Assembly: GCA_964035575.1 (NCBI GenBank)
Contig: OZ037843.1
Location: 1,488,001-1,552,000, forward strand
Length of the DNA: 64,000 nucleotides
Source: Rhynchopus sp. YZ270_cl-10
Lineage: Eukaryota
Direction of reading: 5' to 3'
A program made the translations under genes and the position numbers. The notes under the pieces were generated by a model. That model was not told where the DNA came from. It worked only from the letters and a program-made list of their open reading frames with translations, and made no database searches. Below are positions 56,001-64,000 of this stretch, piece by piece. Each line of letters opens with the position of its first letter. The stretch's first letter is position 1.

Positions 56001-57508
56001 CCACGTTGACGCCAAACTCAATAGTTCCGATGGACGGAAAGACGTTCACAGTGGTCTTCACATCTGCATCAATCGCTGGGAACGAATTCGATTGTACAAT
56101 GTTGCTGTCGACGACGTTCACACCGTTGCCTGAGGTGGCTGTGCTGGACGTGGCGCGGTTGCGACTCAACAGAGACGAGTTTGGGTTCTTGCCGGGTTTG
56201 CCGATGTCTGGCGAGAGCTACAATTACGATCTGGCATCTGGGGAACGTCTGCTGGACTGTGGTGCTGTGGACAGCGAGGTGACGTTCACGGTGTCTCCGT
56301 TCAATGGGTCGTTGCGTGTGCTTGCCTCGAACATGACGTCCTTCGTGTTTAAGCACCCAGGTGTGGTGACGGTCTTCACGACGACCTGCCTGCGTGGCAG
56401 TGCCATATGGGTGTCCGCCACTGCCGATGCTGTGTTCGCGTGGAGTGGCCCAACGCACGTACCCTCAACAAGCGTCGCTCCGTCCACAGCACCGCTTTCC
56501 TTGGTGACACCAGCACCACTTGTGAACGGAACAGTGTTCCTTTCTGCAGTTGTCGAGGGACACATTGACTTCTACGTCCATAGGTATGTAGTGCCGTAGT
56601 GTGGATGTGACACGTACCCCCACACACACAGCATGGTGAACACCGTCTCGGTGGACCTGATGTCGCCGTTCAGGCTCACGAAGGGTGGCCTATATGAGAC
56701 ACACACAGCACACGTGCTGAGCTTTGCGCTGACCCGTGGTCCGGCTGAGGGAGAGACAGCGGATTTTGTGTTGATGCTTCACTCACAAGACAGCGACGCT
56801 GTGCTGTGGTCGACGGAGGTGACACTTGGCCCAAACGAGACGTATGTGGGCACGCCAAGCACAGTGTACGTGGATAAGATGTATTTCCGTGCGAGCCCTG
56901 CGTCGAGGCAGACGGAGCGGATGAACTTCAACTTCAACATGCGTGTGCAGTCGGTGCTTGTGCCTCTGGGTGTGGGTGACGAGGTGGACGAGGACGTGCT
57001 GCCCTCACTGTCTGTGGCAAGAGCGCTGAACGCAACAGGCAAGAACCTGACGAGGACAGGGTCGCACCACACCTTGGATACAGACTTCTCAGGCACGTTG
57101 CTGTGTGAGGATGACGCAGACGTGACTGTGACAGCAACACTGGGGTCTGTGTCGGCAGTGGGGGCAGACCTGACGCTGCACGTGGCAAGCAACATGGAGG
57201 GTGCGGGTGTGCTTGTGGTGCCATGTGAGAAGGGGAGTGCAGTTGTTGCCAGCTGCGTTGCGCCCTGTGGCCTGCAGTGGGCTGCACCAGCACCACCAGC
57301 ACCAGCAGTGCCTGACAAGGGGACGGGCTCCGACATCCCCACCTACGTTTGGCTGCTGGCTGGTTCTGGTGGACTTCTGGTTGTGGTGGTGGCAGCAGTG
57401 CTGTGTGCACGGAGACGCAGGTCTGGGGTTGCGTACGATGGGTACTGCGAACCCAAAGCTGAGATCACAGAGGAACTTGCAGACCTTGGGTGTTATGCGC
57501 TTTCATAA
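53099..57508 (+). CDS. PT-rich modular type I surface protein A: join(53099..53310, 53559..54428, 54677..55759, 55801..56583, 56632..57508), 1274 aa
   Basis: Signal peptide; four GTATGT...CAG introns (248, 248, 41, 48 nt) whose removal gives one open frame; PTAAPT linkers; TM VWLLAGSGGLLVVVVAAVLC followed by RRRR. Confidence 0.85.
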
Positions 57509-57574
57509 GATCGATGTATCCACATACAACGTGTGGAGTTGAAGTGCTCTTCTTTTGCGGCACTTTTTATGTTT

Positions 57575-57707
57575 GAGGTGATCCAGCGCACCTGTCATTT
57601 TTTCACTTCTGTTCACAGTGGAAAAGTGTGAAAAAAGGGTGCATTTTTTTTTTCTTTTTGCGCGTAGCCCCTGCTACTTCCATGAAAAAGTGCGCGCTGG
57701 ATCACCT
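57575..57707. mobile_element. Short MITE of the GAGGTGATCCAG family
   Basis: GAGGTGATCCAGCGCAC...GCGCGCTGGATCACCT. Confidence 0.65.
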
Positions 57708-58428
57708 TGCTGTTGTTTTTCCATTTGTTACGTCTCATTTGGTCAGTTCATATTTGTAACTAGGTAAGCGTTTTCGTCTTTGTTCACTACTCATTCCAGG
57801 GTGCAATACTTTCAGTTACTGTGATTGGAAATACTGTGGATCGAATTAAGTACCAAATGAAACTCAAAAACCTCAAACGTACCATATTTACTTCGGCCCA
57901 TAATATTTTGTTTCTTTATGTCGTCAGTTCATCATATTTCAGTATATTTCAATCGCGGTAGGAAAATACTCATGTTTATATATTGCGTCACAAACCGCAA
58001 CAGCAGAAGAGAGATGGTTTGGTGTGAGGAGAATCAAAGGAACAAAAGGACCGAAGAACCAACCAGGCGGTTGGGCGAGATTCGAGGACCCTACCATCTC
58101 ACAAACTGTTCGTTTGCAGTGTTTTTGTTGCACTTCAACAATGTGTGCTTTTTTGTATCTAACGTGCTCGTATTTTTTGTGTAGGTTGTTCACTGTGCAC
58201 GTACCCAAAGAAAATCAAATATACAAACAAGCAAACCTCTTCAATGAGTGTGCACGTGAACTTCATTTTGTTTTTGTGTTTTGACAGACTTTTATTGCAG
58301 CACGTTGCTGCTACCCATCCCTTCCATCTCAGACTCTTAAGTGAAGACTGACAATAACACAAGGGTTTTTAGGATTGTCTGTTTTGTTTAGGAATGGGAA
58401 CTCAAAACCAACCAGGCGGTTGGTAATA

Positions 58429-58527
58429 CCGTCTTCTTAAAACTGTTCGACCGTAATAAAGTTCGTCCTTTTCTGGATTTTTCTGGAAGTTCGTCCTTTT
58501 TTACGGTCGAACATTTTTCGAAGACGG
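58429..58527. mobile_element. ~100-bp MITE with TA flanks
   Basis: TA-CCGTCTTC...TGTTCGACCGTAA / TTACGGTCGAACA...GAAGACGG-TA. Confidence 0.6.
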
Positions 58528-59541
58528 TAGTCTAAGTTGTCACTGTGGTGGCGGTTTTGTCAACGAGAGTAAAACATTTTTCCCGAAGGCTAGGGAGGGG
58601 TCACTGGGGTAACTACTACAGTGTCAATAGCTATCTTTACCCACACAGGAAAATGTGGTCTACTAACCCGCCAGATTAAAAAATAGGAAAAGCAAGGGAG
58701 TAGGGGGTACGGTTTTCAATTTCCTTTTAGCATTGCATGTAATCATAAAAATATTTTTCTGATTGAAAAGTGGTGTTTACGTTTTGGCTACGGGGCGGAG
58801 AATACAATCTGTTCGATCAAAGAAACGCAACCTTTTTTCTGTTTTATTTTGTTCACAAAAAAATGAGACAGAAACCTTTCTCACCGAGACACAACTTGTA
58901 CCTTTTCATCCCTTCATTCCCCCCTAATCTAAATGCGGTCTATCTCGTAAAATCTCTCTCTCAAAAGACCTCAAAAAATGCAACGAGGTGTCAAAAAAAC
59001 CCCCCGAACGCACATGATACTACAGCCTCGTGTGTTGCTCTGCGAGGCCTTCCATTTGGAAGTCATCTTTAGATAAGGTCCGGAGCGTGTGGGGAGCCAG
59101 CTGCTGGGGGTCTTGTTTGGCACGATGTTGCAGGGAACTGGAGGAGGCTAGCGGCATACCTGCGGAGAATACGCCCCTGGGGTGAGGGGGGGAAGGGTAT
59201 GCACATCGCGTGTGGTATGTTGCTGCCAAATGAGGGTAATTCTTGTAGAATATGCCCTCCCCTCTGTCTCTGTTTTTTTTTTGTCTGACTCCTGCTCAAA
59301 CTTGCGAGGGACTGGGGGTGTATCCGTTATTGAAAAAGTGACTTTTTTTTTTTGGCCGAGGTTGTCTGAGGGTGTCAAATGACCATACTTTGTGATCTGC
59401 TGACCCCTTTTGTCCGACGAGAGATCTCCGCATTGCGCCTGCCTTGCGTTTGATCACCCTTTTCAGTTGCAACACCAACCACACATCCCGCCACATTGCC
59501 ACACAGGTGCTACCCCAACACAACACAGAAGGTGCAAAACA

Positions 59542-62500
59542 ATGTCCCCCTTCCGTATGACTCTGGTGCTAGCTTCACTAGCAGCAGTTGCGAAAGCATC
59601 GACGCCTACAACAGCTGTGCCTACAGTTGCGCCCCCAACAGTTATGCCCACACCTGCACCGCCAGATGGGAGCAGAGTGCACATGATGCGCAGTGTGCAG
59701 AGCACGCTTGAATATACGTATGCATTCGCACTTCTCTCGTTTTTGTCAACCACACCCACACACTACACACAGCACTCAGGCCATGGTTCTTGAGGTCCCT
59801 GATCTGAGTCTGCTTGAAGGAAACGTGCTGGACAACTACACTGTGTCGGTTGAAAGGATAGAGTTCCAGCCTGAGGCTGACTTCAACAGTGCATTGGAGA
59901 TTATGACAGTATCACCGTGGCAGGCACTGTACGCGACACCCTTTAACGTGAAGGCAGGGGAGACAGGGACGATCAGACCAGACGAGCTGTACAGCGTGTC
60001 AGGGTTGTCCCGCGACAAACCTTTGTATCTCGCGCCCCATGTAAATGTGCTCATGAAGTACTCAATGTCATTTTACGTGAAGTTTGTTCCGAACAGTGGT
60101 GTTGCACCACTGGAGACAACTGCACTGTCACTAGCGGCAGTCACAGACTACATTCATGCGAACAACTATGATGGATACGTGCATCAGTTCGACATGGACT
60201 CCGACTGGTTGCAACCTTCCTCACACGCTATTGCGGGTGTGATCAACTGCACAATGGATGCTTACGTCAAATTCATCCCCACAGCTGATGTTACTGCGAC
60301 GACCATGATCCACGCCTCCACAGGGGCGACATACGAGTTTACACGTTTTCCATCCACTCATGTGGCTGCCAGTTGCATTCGTGGACGTGCGATCTTTGTT
60401 ACGCTGCCGAGCGACCTTCTTATGAAGTGGTCCCTGATACCCGTAACAGTTGCACCGCCCACAGTTTCACCGCCAACACCTGCACCGCCAGATGTGAGCA
60501 GAGTGCACATGATGCGCTATGTACGGGCCACGATCGAAACCTGGAGGTATGTGATTCACAAGGTGCACAGCACACAGGTGGGCTGGGTGTTGGGGTGTTG
60601 GATGAGTTGTTTGCATTGCACTGCATTCAACGAATATGAGTCAGTGTCTTGTGAAGACATGAGTGCCAGTTACTCTTGTGTGGTTTCATCATGTACATTG
60701 GCACCCGAGAGTGCACCATTGTGGGAGTGTGGCACAACTGCACTTTTCTTGTTTTCCATGTTTTTCCGACTACACCCACACACTACACGACACAGCGACA
60801 AGGAACCCATTTTTTTAACCGTCCCTGATCTGAGTCTGCTTGAAGGAAACTTGCTGGACAACTACGCTGTGTCGGTTGATAGGGTCGAGTTCCAGCCTGA
60901 CGGTGACTTCAACAGCACGATGCAGATTTTTCAGAGCATATCAGAGTATGATGCACTGTACGCGGCACCCTATAACCTGAAGGCAGGGGAGACAGGGACG
61001 ATCAGACCAGACGAGCTGTACAGCCAGACAGTGTTGTCCCGCGACAAACCTTTGTCTCTGACGTCCTCTACAAATGTACGTGTGAGCTACTCAATGTCAC
61101 TTTACGTGAAGTTTGTTCCGAACAGTGGTGTTGCACCACTGGAGACAACTGCACTGTCACAAGAGGCAGTATCAGACTACATCCATGCGAACAACTATGA
61201 TGGATACGTGCATCAGTTCGACATGGGCCCCGTCTGGTTCCACCCGGACATAACCCACGCTGTTGCGGGTCTTATTAACTGCACAATGGATGCAGACTTC
61301 AGTTTTGGCACCGGTTCTTCTTTTGAAGACCCGACCCGGGTACACGACTCTGCGGGGACTGCGTACGAGATGTCAGGAAAAAGTATACCTTCTACGTCTG
61401 CCAGGTGCATTCGTGGTAGTGTCATATTCTTTACGTGTTCTGTATACTCTGAGTGCGACTTGTCGTGGCACCCGATACCCACAGATGCGCCGGCAACACC
61501 TGCACCTCCAACAGCCGCTCCAACACCTGCTCCCCCAACAGGACCACCGACACCTGCTCCCCCAACAGCACCACCGACCATTGCGCCCACAGCAGTTCCA
61601 ACACAGGTACCGGAAGATGGGAGCAGAGTGCACATGATGCGCAGTGTGCAGAGCAGCGTGTATATGTATGTGATTCACATGGTGCACAGCAAACACAGGT
61701 GGGCTGGGTGTTGGGGTGTTGGATGAGTTGTTTGCATTGCACTGCATTCAACGAATATGAGTCAGTGTCTTGTGAAGACATGAGGGCCAGTTACTCTTGT
61801 GTGGTTTCATCATGTACATTGGCACCCGAGAGTGCACCGTTGTGGGAGTGTGACTTCTCTCGTTTTTTATGTTTTTTCAACCACACCCACACACGACACA
61901 CAGTTACGACGTAATTTATGTTGAGGTCCCTGATCTAAGTCTGCTTGAAGGAAACTTGCTGGACAACTACACTGTGTCGGTTGAAAGGATAGAGCTCCAG
62001 CCTGAGGCTGACTTCAACAGTACGGTGCAGATTCTTGTCAGCAAGTATAACCTGTCAGCTGTACTGTACGAGGAACCCTTCAACTTGAAGGCAGGGGAGA
62101 CAGGGACGATCAGACTAGACGAGCTGTACAGCGTGGCAGGGCTGTCCCGCGACTATCCTGTGGCTGTGGTGTACCATTCCGACGAGTCTGTGTTGGTGAG
62201 CTACTCAATGTCACTTTACGTGAAGTTTGTTCCGAACAGTGGTGTTGCACCACTGGAGACAACTGCACTGTCACTAGCGGCAGTATCAGACTACCTTGAT
62301 GCAGAAGTGCAGAACTTCGCACACGTGTATCATTTGGACCTGACCGACTTGGATTTCCAACCTGACTCAGACCAGGTCCACGTGGCGGGTGTGATCAACT
62401 GCACAATGGACGCAGACGTCACGTTTAATCCTATAGCTAAGCAAGTCTTGCTCCACGACTCCACAGGGGCTGCGTACGACTATCGTGTGCCACATACTCT

Positions 62501-64000
62501 GTCTGCCAGGTGCATTCATGGTAGTGTGATACTTCTTTGGCTCGTTTATGCCACCCCAATAACGTGGTCCCTGATACCTGTGACAGTTGCACCTCCCACA
62601 GTGTCGCCACCAACACCGGCTCCCCCAACAGCTATTCCCACAGCAGCACCGACAGTTGCTCCCCCAACAGCAGTGCCGACAGCAGCTCCCACATCTGAAC
62701 CACCAACTGCAACTCCAACGGTAATTCCCACAGCAGCACCAACAGATGCTCCCCCAACAGCAACACCGACAGCAGTGCCCACACCTGCACCACCGACAGC
62801 AGCACCGACAGCAATTCCCACAGCAATACCAACAGTTGTTCCTCCAACAGCACTGCCGACAGCAGCTCCCACACCTGCACCACCGACAGCAGTGCCCACA
62901 CCCGCTCCTGTTGTTGATGCAACTGCTGTGACTCAAGTCATCGTCGCAAGAGTGCGCACCGCACTTGCTGAAGGGTATGTGCATCCATCCACACTACTTA
63001 CCATACATACAACAGGTCGTTGATCGACGTGGCTCAAGCGTTCTTACCAGACGTGGTGACTGGGCAGGTGTTTTCATTTGGGACACTGACGCTGTCACGT
63101 GCCGCAGGTGACGGCGACAGTGCTGTGTTCTCTGTGGCGGTGACTGGATCGGATATGAAAGGCAACATGGAGCGAGTCCTGCAGGAGTGGGTCACTCTTG
63201 GCCCCGGGGAAACTGCCACGTTGACGCCAAACTCAATAGTTCCGATGGACGGAAAGACGTTCACAGTGGTCTTCACATCTGCATCAATCGCTGGGAACGA
63301 ATTCGATTGTACAATGTTGCTGTCGACGACGTTCACACCGTTGCCTGAGGTGGCTGTGCTGGACGTGGCGCGGTTGCGACTCAACAGAGACGAGTTTGGG
63401 TTCTTGCCGGGTTTGCCGATGTCTGGCGAGAGCTACAATTACGATCTGGCATCTGGGGAACGTCTGCTGGACTGTGGTGCTGTGGACAGCGAGGTGACGT
63501 TCACGGTGTCTCCGTTCAATGGGTCGTTGCGTGTGCTTGCCTCGAACATGACGTCCTTCGTGTTTAAGCACCCAGGTGTGGTGACGGTCTTCACGACGAC
63601 CTGCCTGCGTGGCAGTGCCATATGGGTGTCCGCCACTGCCGATGCTGTGTTCGCGTGGAGTGGCCCAACGCACGTACCCTCAACAAGCGTCGCTCCGTCC
63701 ACAGCACCGCTTTCCTTGGTGACACCAGCACCACTTGTGAACGGAACAGTGTTCCTTTCTGCAGTTGTCGAGGGACACATTGACTTCTACGTCCATAGGT
63801 ATGTAGTGCCGTAGTGTGGATGTGACACGTACCCCCACACACACAGCATGGTGAACACCGTCTCGGTGGACCTGATGTCGCCGTTCAGGCTCACGAAGGG
63901 TGGCCTATATGAGACACACACAGCACACGTGCTGAGCTTTGCGCTGACCCGTGGTCCGGCTGAGGGAGAGACAGCGGATTTTGTGTTGATGCTTCACTCA
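59542..64000 (+). CDS. PT-rich modular surface protein B, runs off the window: join(59542..59717, 59773..60546, 60796..61665, 61904..62974, 63016..63798, 63847..>64000)
   Basis: Signal peptide MSPFRMTLVLASLAAVAKA; five GT-AG introns (55, 249, 238, 41, 48 nt) restore the frame; 63016-64000 appears identical to 55801-56785. Confidence 0.85.

Noticed and set aside
52981..56599. Separate overlapping ORFs (502, 517, 264 aa) as independent genes or frameshifted pseudogenes
   Set aside because: Four GT-AG introns join them into one open reading frame

Overview
Eukaryotic DNA, most likely a euglenozoan such as a diplonemid. This is inferred from the trypanosomatid-type adenylate cyclase motifs, the Ingi-like retroelement with a 2A-like motif, the PT-rich surface proteins and the short GT-AG introns. 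All 11 protein genes, and the retroelement, lie on the + strand. The window holds: (i) three tandem receptor genes (TM, ~450-aa ectodomain, TM, HAMP, degenerate class III cyclase); (ii) five multi-pass membrane cyclase-family genes with swapped N- and C-terminal modules, where the only copy with a canonical catalytic site is frameshifted; (iii) a single-pass membrane protein with a cytoplasmic U-box; (iv) two PT-rich surface-protein genes built from symmetric phase-2 exon modules. Intergenic DNA is filled with nested non-autonomous DNA transposons whose TIRs and TSDs can be read directly, two >1 kb foldback palindromes, microsatellites and two fragments of the same 28S rRNA segment. It also holds a 5'-truncated non-LTR retrotransposon (APE-RT-RNase H). 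That element has an in-frame UGA and a 2A-like motif before APE, and a triple poly(A) tail carrying hairpin-rich segments, all inside one 21-bp TSD. All calls were made by eye; no database search or folding was run.
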